DNA from: Macrostomum hystrix
Taxonomy: Eukaryota; Animalia; Platyhelminthes
DNA: 64,000 bases
Direction of reading: 5' to 3'
Assembly: GCA_950097015.1 (NCBI GenBank)
Contig: CATNEN010000013.1
Coordinates: 806,001-870,000, forward strand
Positions 12,063 to 24,254 of this stretch are shown piece by piece. The position numbers and the translations under genes were made by a program. Position 1 is the first letter of the stretch. Every line of letters begins with the position of its first letter. The notes beneath the pieces are model-generated. The model saw nothing but the letters and a program-made list of their open reading frames with translations. It was not told where the DNA came from and did no database searches.

Positions 12063-13637
12063 TGCTCTAAAGGAGCATATACTGTAATGTCACACAATCA
12101 AAAGTGCAACTCTGATTGAAAGAAAATGAAAATCAAAGAGCAGGAATTTTCAAAGTGATCGTTTCCCGTTTAGTTCGCAGTTGATACAACTTTTGTTGCT
12201 TATTGGGAAAAACCTTATCTTCAATTGATGTGCATTCGAATTGTCTATTTTAGTGAAGCAATACGAAGGTTTGACTATTCAAAGCATAGCGAATTACTTT
12301 TCATCGTATGATCGCAAACAAACCGATTAGAACTCTTGTCTCGCATGGTTGCCTGGGAAGCGCGTGAAGTTTGAGTATGAGATTTTCATTAAAGAAACGC
12401 TTTTAGTCGGTGATTAAATAAAGTAGCAGAGGTTAGATTTTGAACAGGTTAATACTGACTCGGTAAGATGCCTCGTTTGCAGATCTTCCATGTGAAATAT
12501 AAAGATAAAAAACAATATAGATAAAACAGAAACAATAGTAATAAATTATCAGAACAAATAAACAAAGGCTGCACTGATAATAAAACGACAGAAATTGCAA
12601 GGCACAAGCGGTAGTCTATGGTAATTTTTAACTGGCGAAAACTGAAATTCCATACCATAGATAGATTGGAGAAAAAAGAAAGGGAAAACTCGATTGCAAA
12701 ACGTGATTTTTGGGGCCTAGAAGTGGTGTTGCCATAGCAACACATGGTGTATATAGAAGATAGAGCAGGCGGTGAGACAAGCGTAATATTTCTACTATTA
12801 TTTTATTTAGTTACTAACAGTAATTGAGGCAATATTAAAGCACAAATTAGTTCATGGCCATGCACTTTCTCGTAAGCAGCTATAAAGCTAGAAGTTCCGC
12901 CAATCTGCACAGACAGCAGCTTTAATTTCTGTCAGTTACAAAACTGTTTGATTATTGATATGCGAGAAAAATAGCGAAACTGATTACGAGGTTCTAACTT
13001 CTTGAGAAAGTTTCGCCAAGTTCTATTATCTGTCTGTATCTTACTTTCAATGGGTTGACAAAAATATGAGATATAATTTTGGGCGACTTAAGTAATTTAA
13101 GTGATGTCCATTTTTTTAAATGTAATATAATTTCGTTTGACTACAATGGGCAGTAAAATAATCGGTCGATAAAGTTGATGGAGAAAAGGATCACGTGACA
13201 CATTGTGCGTGTTTCTTCACTGTGTCCCGTGACATTAAAAATGTTGGGTGGGTCGTTCGCGTCGGATCACGTGACAAGTGGGTTGGTTGCCTCAATATAG
13301 TCACGTGCCATTTAAAACTGTTATTCAATTTGGCTCACAGTACGCAAAACAAAATTATCTGCCTTCCAGAGAACCAACCCTTTAATCTCTAATTAGCGAA
13401 AATGCCACTAAGGCAAATGTCAAATGTCTAATTGTAGGGTAACCGAATCGCAGTGTGAGCTGCTGGTTAGAGGAAGGCACAGATAAAAATAAATAAATAA
13501 AAAACAGCGACAGCGAAGACGAAAGTGAAGAAGACTCGGCGGGCGACAAAGGTTTCTTATTAGAAAAAAGAAAAGTACACATAGTGGAGTTGTGCTGTGA
13601 AATCTTTTCTGTTTTTAATAATCTTTGAGTAGTTTTT

Positions 13638-16600
13638 TCACTCGGCCGCTTCCACGGCATGTCCTCCCGCGTCGCCATTTTCGCCGAGTTCCACAGCCCG
13701 CGGGCCGCTTTCGGTGAGGATAACCTTGGACTTGGGCTGGATTCGCTCGTACTCAATGCCGTAAATTGGGCCCTTGTATAGGTCCTGACGCTCGCCGAAG
13801 CCGCGGTGGTCCTTCACGCGCTCGTACTGGCTGTACATCACGATCTTCGGCTGCAGTGTGAGCAATGTTGAGTCGTGCGATTCAAAAAAGCTTCATTCCA
13901 CATTTTGTAACTTTGGGTTTCAAATGGGACAATTTGCGCTTACCGGAATTCCACCCAGCTTCTCCGACAACGGATCGCTGAAGAAAATTTTCGACTTCAT
14001 CAAATATACTTGCTGTAAATTATTTTGAAATTAAGAGAATACTTTAAATACAGCAATCGCACTTACGGTGCAGTCTGGACCTTGCTGCTGGTTCCCTTCT
14101 GGCCGCTGAAATGGTAAACACAAATTAAGATTCTTTTGCGATCGGCCAGTTGACAATCCATGTAAACAACTAGCGTATTGTCTGGAAGGTGGCTCACCCC
14201 TTCTGCATCTGTCTGGCGCGCTCAGTCAGCTCAACCATCTGAAGAACCGGAGAATCGGTTTAAAGGACTTCAAAATGATAAAATCTGCTTAAACTGAAAA
14301 CTGCGCCAAGTTCAACTATCCGCAGTATTCGCACTGTGTAAACTACTCAAACTGGAAACTACTCAAACTGCAAACTATACTCAAACAGAAAAATATGCTC
14401 AAACTGGAAACTATACTCAAACTGGAAACTATACTCAAACTGGAAACTATACTCAAACTGGAAACTATACTCAAACAGGAAAATATGCTCAAACTGGAAA
14501 CTATACTCAAACAGGAAAATATGCTCAAACTGGAAACTATACTCAAACTGGAAACTACTCAAACTGGAAACTATACTCAAACTGGAAACTAGTCAAACTG
14601 CAAACTATACTCAAACTGGAAACTAGTCAAACTGGAAACTATACTCAAACTGGAAACTAGTCAAACTGCAAACTATACTCAAACTGGAAACTACTCAAAC
14701 TGGAAACTATACTCAAACTGGAAACTAGTCAAACTGCAAACTATACTCAAACTGGAAACTAGTCAAACTGGAAACTATACTCAAACTGGAAACTAGTCAA
14801 ACTGGAAACTATACTCAAACTGGAAACTAGTCAAACTGCAAACTATACTCAAACTGGAAACTACTCAAACTGGAAACTATACTCAAACTGGAAACTAGTC
14901 AAACTGCAAACTATACTCAAACTGGAAACTACTCAAACTGGAAGCTATACTCAAACTGGAAACTAGTCAAACTGCAAACTATACTCAAACTGGAAACTAC
15001 TCAAACTGGAAGCTATACTCAAACTGGAAGCTACTCAAACTGGAAACTATACTCAAACTGGAAACTACTCAAACTGCAAACTATACTCAAACTAGAGGCA
15101 ATTAGATTCTACTCAAACTGAGTTAACTACTCAAACGAGAAACTGTTTTACTCGTAAGCTGCTCAAGCTTCAAACTTCTCAAACTAGAAACGACTTTGAA
15201 GCTCAGGATTACAGTAGACAATAATGAAATCGTTACGCTAAGCGAACCTCCATGTTCTGCGACTTGAACCTCTGCTCAAGGTCGTACTTGTCGCCCTCGA
15301 GCGAGTAGATCTTGGCGAAAAGCTCCTTAGCTTTCTCCTGCAGTTGTGATTCGCCGAAGCCGTCGATGCCCAGCGGCTGAACCCGCTGCTCCAGGGCGGC
15401 CTTCTTCTCAGCGTCCAGCTGCTCCTTGGTCTTTCCCTGCTTGGCTTCGTCGGCTCCGGAGGCGCCAGTCTGCACGGAAGATGATCACGAGGTGAAAGCC
15501 CCGATGAAGGGAGGTGGAGGGTGGTTGATTTTGGAGTGTTGGGGTGCTCTCGTTTCCGATTGGCTGTGCGGCCTTACTTTCTACCCCTTACAGGCTCTTC
15601 GGTCATACAAATCGGTAGGGTGGTTGGCAGTAGGGTTGGCTTGGGCAGTGACTCCTTATAGGCTCTGTGACCTGCAAGACATGCAACCCCGAATTTCTTC
15701 ATGCTTTCAACCCCAAACTGACCACCTCAATCCACGACTTATTTTTTCGCTGATTAGCGATATTGTTATTTGAATTTTGTTGGAACTATCTTTATTTAAA
15801 TGCAGACCTTGTTTTAAGTAGACAATTATAGAACGGACGTTATACTAAAATATAGTTTTCAATGACTACACATAAAAACTTTGAGCAACAACTGACACCA
15901 GGGTGAATAATTGGCTCTTTTCCATAGTGCAAATATAAGTCGTGCAGTGCAGGCAAAGCACCCTGAGCAAGAAATCCGGTGGGGTTGAGCAATGATGTTC
16001 GATGTAAAGATGGTGCAGTTTTGGTTAAGTTTCTTTATCATCCGGATTTGGAATTGTGGTAGGGTAGGCTCTATATTTATGCATCTATTCAGCGGCCTCA
16101 AGAAACACACCGGCACAACCATCACCAAAATTCAACTTGTTAAAGCTTGATTGAAAAATATCGCGGAAAGTGGTTTAGTGCCAATCGCAGTAAAGGAAGA
16201 CGCATTGATTGTTTTTCCAGCTAATCTCTCCATATACATTGAGACTTCAATTTGACCTCTAATTGAGTCACTGTGCTCTGATTGGCTGAGCCAAGTAGAA
16301 AGTGTTAATTTAAACTTTAGGCATGGGTTTTGAAGAGTGATAAGACATTTTCCACCAGAGCCAATGAGAGCACAGTGAAATTTAGACACAAATTTACACT
16401 CCAGCCAATGAGAGCACAGTGAAATTTAGACACAAATTTACATTCCAGCCAATGAGAGCACAGTGAAATTTAGACATAAATTTACATTCCAGCCAATGAG
16501 AGCACAGTGAAATTTAGACACAAATTTACATTCCAGCCAATGAGAGCACAGTGAAATTTAGACACAAATTTACATTCCAGCCAATGAGAGCACAATGAAG

Positions 16601-19600
16601 TTTTCTGTGGTTAAACTTTAGATGTGCATACTTGTATGTACAATTGGGCCTAATTTTTGAAATATAAAATTTAATGAATCCTTTTTTTGAGTCTTCTTAA
16701 ATCTGTTACACACTGACACAGTTATATCTCACGCTTGGGAATATATTCCCACGCTAGGGAGGACTAATCTTAACCGATTGAGGGCTAAAGACCGTTAGAC
16801 AGAACCCCTACTGTACGAATGGGGCACTACAAACCTAAATATTAAGAGTTTCCTATCGTACAAGCAGTACAACAACCCACAACACATTGTACGTTAGTGT
16901 GGTTGGCTTATTTAACATCCACTAATTATCCTATAAGTTCCGTGCACTTTTCATACTCTGTTGAGAACCATTTTTATTGATTAAATTAAAATAAGTAGAG
17001 CAGCGTGCAGCCCGCCTGAATAGATTCGGACACAAATTATTCTCCACAGACAGGTAACTCTACGAGTACAGTAGCCGGATTCCATAACACTATTATTCAT
17101 TTACCTGCTTCTTGGTGTCAGCCTACAAATTGTGGTCGAAGAATATCATTTTAAGTATTTTATGATCTTTTCAAAAGCCACGTTTACTTCTCCCAAAATA
17201 TTCTACCAACTCGCCATGAAAATCCAGAAACAATATGTATTCGCCATAGAGTTTTATACATGGCATTGGAAATGGCATGACATGACGTGGCATGGCATGG
17301 CATTGGAATGGCAATGGGTATTGGAAATAGCCCCGTGGTCATTCCCCTGGGGGAAATAGCGCTGTCTTTCTACTGTTAAGCCATAATTTGATCAAGAAGT
17401 AATTATACGAGTATATATATTGATTACAGTAACTATAAAAGTACAAAAGCATTTTAGACGATTAGAGTATCCTTACGTCCTGTCTGACTATTTTTCATAG
17501 ATGAGGTCATAAAACTCTAATATATATTACTAGATCTATCAAATTAATCAGGTGCTAGAAGCAATCGACAGTGTCGAGCTCCAGCTCACCTCGCTGCCAG
17601 ACTTCTTGCTGATGGTGAAGTTGCGCTGGCTCTGGCTCTTCGTCCTCTCCTCGGCCTCCTTCTTCTTCTTCTCCCGCTCCTCCTTCCGCTTGGCCTCCTC
17701 CTCGCGCTTGCGGCGCTGGCGCTCCTCCTGGACACAGTATTTAGTAGTTTAACAATCATGTTCTAAGCATACTACTTGCGCAGTTTCATCAGTAGCCATT
17801 TCTTGTTTTCATGAGTAAAAATAAAATGGAACGCGTTTTCCGCGGCTGGAGAGCTGAACTCTTGGTGATAAAGGGTGTAACTTCAATGTGTGACCAACTG
17901 TCACTCGCCAGACTCTCACACGAAGCATCTTAAGTTCTAGTCCGCATCATTATGGACTCACGCGTTTGAAACTTTATGCTAATAATTGAGTATGCTCAGA
18001 GAGGTTAGGGGAGGATCGAGCAGCATTGGCTCCTAGCTGGCTTCCAGTTACAGCCCCAGTTGCAAATTAATTTATTCCTAATAAAATGCAACTACGCTAC
18101 TAATAGCAGGCAGTAGTCAGTAGCGCATAAATTTTCGCTCACCTCCTCGGCGCGCCTCTTCTGCTCCTCGACGGCGCGCAGCTCGGCCAGGCGCTTCTCC
18201 TCCTCGGCCCGCTCCTGCTTCCTCTGCTCCTGAAGGATTGTTGAAGGCGGCGCAGGCGGTGATAATCGCCATTTTCTCAACACTTAAAAACTTTGTGACG
18301 CTGCACACATCAATACTAAAAACCACTAGGAGTTGGACGGGAAACTACTACTTTCCTTAGAAAACGTTTAGGAGGCTGGTTTTCGCTGCACGAAAAGTGC
18401 ACTACCAAGATGGGAAATTTTCATTTTTCTTACATTCAAATAGTGCAGATCTAAAGCTTTTCTATGAAGCTATAAATAGGGAAACAAATATCAAAAGATG
18501 AGCCTTTGATCCGCGCCTCCAATGAAACTAAATTTGGGAAAAACAGCCTCCTAAACGTTTTCTGAGAAACGAAGCTGCACGTCCTTCTACTCCTAGGGTC
18601 CTTGCATAGATACCGATGAAAAAGCTGCCATTTTTTGTTTAATTTTTGGTCTGCATCACAACTTATTGTTTATGTATCGAGACGACCTTTTTATTTAACC
18701 TTCTTCTTTAGCCTTCAAAAGAAACTTTGAAGATTGGTTGACCGAAACGGAAGCTAGCAGTGTTTTTTCGCTACTCACCCGCTTCGACCTGAGGTCGGAG
18801 ATCTCGGTGGCCAGCCTCTCGCGTTCCTCCTTGCGCATCTCCTCGTACTCCTTCATCTCCTCCTCCATCTTGGCCATGCGCTTCTTCTTCTCCTCCTGGG
18901 ATGTGAAAGTCGTGTTTTTAACTTAAATTCGATTTTCAAATTGGTGCCAAACTCGACAAATTTAAACAAAGCAAATAGCACTCACCTCCATGCGAATCTG
19001 AGCTTCATTGCGGCCGCTATCGTCTCTGCAAAGAAACAAATTGCAACCGATTGCTTTTCTATTCGATTAAGTCAGACGTACTCTGATTCAGCTCAATGAT
19101 GTAGTAACATGCAATCCATGTATTGATGCAAAATAGATATACCAGGTTCATGAAAGATTAGTCGGGGCAGGGTTCTCTGCTCAAACCTTTTAACGCCGTC
19201 ACCAAAAACATTGGCACCATGCAACTAATCATACTACTGCAGCAACAGCTCCGCAAAGTAGTATCATTTGCAAAAAGTTCACTTAGCAGTGTAATATTTA
19301 ATCGGGTGCTGAAGCAAGCGTTCTTAGCGCTAGTAACTACTGGCATTGGCTGCGACTTTGAGGTGCACTGTGTCTATCACTCATTGGCGATGAAGCTTTT
19401 AACAGTAGAAAGACCACTGGAGGTAGTTCATATACCCACATTTTCCTTGTTTCTGTATCTCCCAAAATGTTCTACCAATCGCAATTGAAACTCGAGAAAA
19501 CGGGTCAAAATTTTCCGCTCTCTCCGATGGAACAACTTCCAGAATAACAAAACATCAGCATCGTCGAGATCCCCCCAGGGGGGGGGAAACGACGTGGTCT

Positions 19601-20552
19601 TTCCCAGGGGGGGGGAAACGACGTGGTCTTTCCCAGGGGGGCGGAAACGACGTGGTCTTTCCCAGGGGGGCGGAAACGACGTGGTCTTTCCCAGGGGGGG
19701 GAAACGACGTGGTCTTTCCCAGGGGGGGGGAAACGACGTGGTCTTTCCCAGGGGGCGGAAACGACGTGGTCTTTCCCAGGGGGGCGGAAACGACGTGGTC
19801 TTTCCCAGGGGGTGGGAAACGACGTGGTCTTTCCCAGGGGGGGGGAACGACGTGGTCTTTCCCAGGGGGGGGGAAACGACGTGGTCTTTCCCAGGGGGGC
19901 GGAAACGACGTGGTCTTTCCCAGGGGGGCGGAAACGACGTGGTCTTTCCCAGGGGGGGAAACGACGTGGTCTTTCCCAGGGGGGAAATGACGTGGTCTTC
20001 CCACTGTTAGTGATGATGACGAAACGATAGATGAACTGTGGCAGTTGGGGTGGCACAGATTGGCGCTTAGCGTTTTGGTTTGGGGGGCTGGGCTTGGCTT
20101 ACTCAGCAAAGCTAGCACCCTGGTGGATCTGCTTTGGCTTTTCAGCTGGCGGCGGAGGCGGGGGCGGGGCCGCCTCCTCCTGCTGCTGCTCCTGCGGAGT
20201 CTCCTCAGCTGTCGTCTCTCTGCGCGCATTGTTTGTGTGCGTTTTATTTTGTTACGAAAACAAATAAAACTTCTTTCTTTCTGTAGCTCTTTATTGCCGA
20301 GTGGGCGGTCAAAATTCTCGAAGAGAAATAATATAGGATCCTATTATTCAGTCAAATAAGCTGTCCGGAAATTGCTGACAATCGTCTTCAATCATATTTC
20401 ACTGATAAAAAGTAAATAGACAAAACTGATGATCAAAACAGGAGTTCTAGGAATAATTAAGGAAATTAACAAGCCAAACAATGAAATGTGATCGCATCGG
20501 AGTTCACCAGCCAGCCCTGGATGGTAACTCACTGGTGTTCCTCGTCAGACAT
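13638..20552 (-). CDS. TnT: Troponin T (invertebrate type), 11 coding exons, 355 aa
   Basis: Exons (minus): 20552-20533, 20219-20103, 19025-18986, 18895-18779, 18229-18143, 17727-17590, 15469-15248, 14238-14198, 14105-14067, 13977-13944, 13850-13638; total 1068 nt, all phases compatible. Starts MSDEE, has an E/K/R-rich coiled coil, RVQPLGIDGFGESQLQEKAKELFAKIYSLEGDKYDLEQRFKSQ and PKIVMYSQYER, matching known invertebrate TnT motifs. Confidence 0.93.
14340..15135. repeat. 16-18-bp minisatellite (ACTCAAACTGGAAACT[AT])n in a TnT intron
   Basis: Direct periodicity; related to 10990-12062. Confidence 0.9.
16356..16600. repeat. 44-bp tandem repeat (~5 copies), each with CCAAT, in a TnT intron
   Basis: CCAGCCAATG at 16401, 16445 and onward. 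Confidence 0.9.
18470..18479. promoter_or_regulatory. MEF2 consensus site (CTATAAATAG) in a TnT intron
   Basis: Exact match to CTA(A/T)4TAG within a muscle gene; function untested and AT-rich introns give chance matches. Confidence 0.3.
19575..20000. repeat. ~30-bp G-run minisatellite (GGAAACGACGTGGTCTTTCCCAGGGGGG..)n in a TnT intron
   Basis: ~14 copies with variable-length G tracts. Confidence 0.95.
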
Positions 20553-20608
20553 GATTTGGCGGCTCCTCTATAGAGGCGAAATGACTTTGAAAGTTCCTTT
20601 AGATTGAA

Positions 20609-20640
<32 letters not shown>

Positions 20641-20793
20641 CAAAGGATGTCAGAGGGGTTGGGCAGGCGGGCAAGAAGTAGCATTAGCCCGCCTCGACGC
20701 ATTTATGGGGGACGGGACGCCAGGCGCCAACCCCAGCTCCGTCGAGTTTTTCTGCCTTCTGCAGCGTCGTGTCGTTATAGAAACTGCGCTTAC

Positions 20794-20850
20794 CAAAGCG
20801 ATCCCCGCGCACAGACATCGCATCCTCAGATCCCACAGCTTGCACCACAT
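20794..20850 (-). other. Probable non-coding first exon of TnT
   Basis: Acceptor 15 nt upstream of the ATG (AG at 20569-20568) and a strong GTAAGC donor at 20793 on the minus strand; 5' boundary is a guess. Confidence 0.4.
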
Positions 20851-21684
20851 GAAATCCCCCAGCGATAGAATAACCTTATTTCTCTCTCTATCAGCAGGGC
20901 AGCCATTGTACAGCAGGGCAGCATTAGCATTTTAACATGCTTCAAATAGTTAGGGAGACAGAGAGAGAGGAAGGGGCGAGAACTCGATCGTTGGCCCCTC
21001 TCGGGGATGAGGGGAATTCTTGGGGAGCCAGGGAAGCGGTTCGATCGATACGGGGAGGCACCACCGACCCGGTGGGCATTGGGCTGGAAATGACACCGCA
21101 GGCAGAAGCCAAAATCAATGAATGCATTCGGCCCTGTATGGCGTATGATCTAAAAGGTGTCCGTACATACAGAAAAACGATTGCATAGGGCTTTCAACTC
21201 CCACACACACACGCACGCACACACTCACGCTAGACGAATAGTGCTTAGGTCAGGCCAGTAAACGCAACGACCAACCGCCCAACATTGGCATTTCAAGACT
21301 TCAGGGAAACCTTTACCAGCGAAGCCATTCTGATCCTAAAGCTTGAATGGAACGAGGGATTTGGGATAGCGAAAATGTCAGCAACTCCGATGCATTCGTG
21401 TCGAAATGCGCACTACAGTCGCGTGGTCTCCAAGTTGAACTGTGAATCCCCTTTTTTCTATAAAACGACGAAGCACTCTCGTGTATTGCTGCTGTTGGGC
21501 TGTGGACTTGAAAAATTATTTCGAACTTCAGGATGCTGGGCTGAAGTTTTTGTTCTTTTTACTGGATCAGTACAGCGTATCGATAAAAAAATAATGAAAA
21601 AATCAAGTTAAGTGTTTACTAAACTTTCAGATCAACCTGACATTGTTTCATTTCACATCCTGAAGTTCCAAATAAAGAATATCG

Positions 21685-23615
21685 ATTTCAGTTTACAGTT
21701 GGCAGTTGTTTATCTCAGTTTATGGATTTCAGTTTACAGCTGGCTTTTGTTTATCTCAGTTAATCGATTTCAGTTTACAGCTGGCTGTTGTTTATCACAG
21801 TTTATGGATTTCATTTTACAGCTGGCTGTCGTTTTCTTACAGTTTATCGATTTCAGTTTACAGCTGGCAGTTGTTTATCACAGTTTATCGATTTCAGTTT
21901 ACAGCTGGCATTTGTTTATCACAGTTTATGGATTTCAGTTTACAGCTGGCAGTTGTTTATCACAGTTTATGGATTTCAGTTTACAGTTTGCTATTGTTTA
22001 TCACAGTTTATGGATTTCAGTTTACAGCTGGCTGTTGTTTATCACAGTTTATGGATTTTAGTTTACAGCTGGCAGTTGTTTATCCCAGTTTATCGATTTC
22101 ATTTTACAGCTGGCTGTTGTTTATCACAGTTTATCGATTTCAGTTTACAGCTGGCTGTTGTTTATCACAGTTTATAGATTTCAGTTTACAGCTGGCTGTT
22201 GTTTATCTCAGTTTATAGATTTCAGTTTACAGCTGGCTGTCGTTTTTTTACAGTTTATCCATTTCAGTTTACAGCTGGCTGTTGTTTATCCAAGTTTATC
22301 GATTTCAGTTTACAGCTGGCTGTTGTTTATCACAGTTTATGGATTTCAGTTTACAGCTGGCAGTTGTTTATCACAGTTTATGGATTTCAGTTTACAGCTG
22401 GCAGTTGTTTATCCAAGTTTATCGATTTCAGTTTACAGCTGGCAGTTGTTTATCACAGTTTATGGATTTCAGTTTACAGCTGGCAGTTGTTTATCACAGT
22501 TTATAGATTTCAGTTTACAGCTGGCTGTTGTTTATCACAGTTTATAGATTTCAGTTTACAGCTGGCTGTTGTTTATCTCAGTTTATAGATTTCAGTTTAC
22601 AGCTGGCTGTCGTTTTTTTACAGTTTATTCATTTCAGTTTACAGCTGGCTGTTGTTTATCCAAGTTTATCGATTTCAGTTTACAGCTGGCTGTTGTTTAT
22701 CACAGTTTATCGATTTCAGTTTACAGCTGGCTGTTGTTTATCACAGTTTATGGATTTCAGTTTACAGCTGGCAGTTGTTTATCCAAGTTTATCGATTTCA
22801 GTTTACAGCTGGCAGTTGTTTATCACAGTTTATGGATTTCAGTTTACAGCTGGCAGTTGTTTATCACAGTTTATGGATTTCAGTTTACAGCTGGCAGTTG
22901 TTTATCACAGTTTATAGATTTCAGTTTACAGCTGGCAGTTGTTTATCACAGTTTATAGATTTCAGTTTACAGCTGGCAGTTGTTTATCACAGTTTATAGA
23001 TTTCAGTTTACAGCTGGCTGTTGTTTATCACAGTTTATGGATTTCAGTTTACAGCTGGCAGTTGTTTATCACAGTTTATGGATTTCAGTTTACAGCTGGC
23101 TGTTGTTTTTTTACAGTTTATGGATTTCAGTTTAAAGCTGGCAGTTGTTTATCACAGTTTATCGATTTCAGTTTACAGCAGGATGTATTTTTTACAGTTT
23201 ATCGATTTCAGTTTACAGCAGGATGTATTTTTTACAGTTTATCGATTTCAGTTTACAGCTGGCAGTTGTTTATCCAAGTTTATCTATTTCAGTTTACAGC
23301 TGGCTGTTGTTTATCACAGTTTATGAATTTCAGTTTACAGCTGGCAGTTGTTTATCTCAGTTTATGGATTTCAGTTTACAGCTGGCTGTCGTTTTTTTAC
23401 AGTTTATCCATTTCAGTTTACAGCTGGCTGTTGTTTTTTACAGTTTATGGATTTCAGTTTAAAGCTGGCAGTTGTTTATCACAGTTTATCGATTTCAGTT
23501 TACAGCAGGATGTATTTTTTACAGTTTATCGATTTCAGTTTACAGCTGGCAGTTGTTTATCCAAGTTTATCGATTTAGTTTACAGCAGGATGTATTTTTT
23601 ACAGTTTATCGATTC
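21685..23615. repeat. 41-bp minisatellite (GATTTCAGTTTACAGCTGGCAGTTGTTTATCACAGTTTATG)n
   Basis: Direct periodicity; internal 370-bp re-duplication visible as near-identical ORFs at 22158 and 22528. Confidence 0.95.
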
Positions 23616-24254
23616 CTGTGTAATATCGATTCCGCAATATGTTTAGGCAAAAAATTCCAGTCAGTTCTGGAATTGAATAGAATTTATTTTCTTGGATTCT
23701 TGCTGCCTGTTGTATCAAATTTCACCTGGACACATGTCAAAGATAATTAAAGATCAAATTTCATCTTTAACAAACCCTTCAGGTTTTTTATTTCTGAATG
23801 ACACGCTGTCGCGTATAAAAAGCTACCTTGCAAAACGTAGAATCTTGTTTGAATTACGATTTCATTTAGCTATAATATTTTCACTTTCCTACCGAACGCC
23901 CGACAACCCCAGATTTATCGATCGGCTTTGAAATTCTCTTCCTATTTCTCGAAAATCGCTGGAGTCTAGAAGCCTTCAGTCCAGCAACTTGGCGTGTAAG
24001 AACTGAGAAACGCATGAGAACTGAAAGCAAAAGAGTTTGCCATACGTCTCACTTCGAGTGCCAAAGTCGCTTTGAACAAAACGAAGGAAAGAAATAAAAA
24101 ATCAACTGCCACAATAAGAGAGTGTGCTCACATTTCTCTTCTCCGATAACGCCCTTCTATAGGATTTTTGAGAGCTGCATTCCTTCTAGCAGTAGAAGCA
24201 GAGGAGGCTATAGAAAGGCAAAGAGCAGAGCAGACCAAGGCTGGGCGGTCAGCA

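Noticed and set aside
10773-12119. 448-aa mucin-like (TTQTVE)n ORF
   Set aside because: TTG start, no signal peptide, and the frame is open simply because the 18-bp unit lacks a stop; near-identical DNA units indicate a satellite.
20609-20638. (CTG)10 tract in TnT intron 1
   Set aside because: Short, and CAG/CTG runs are common in this sequence; nothing suggests a function.
21612-23646. Many hydrophobic ORFs resembling membrane proteins
   Set aside because: All are translations of the 41-bp array. The same applies to the ORFs at 2533-4386, 19505-20056, 33919-35240, 36838-37871, 44541-45095, 50413-53849 and 60551-60992.
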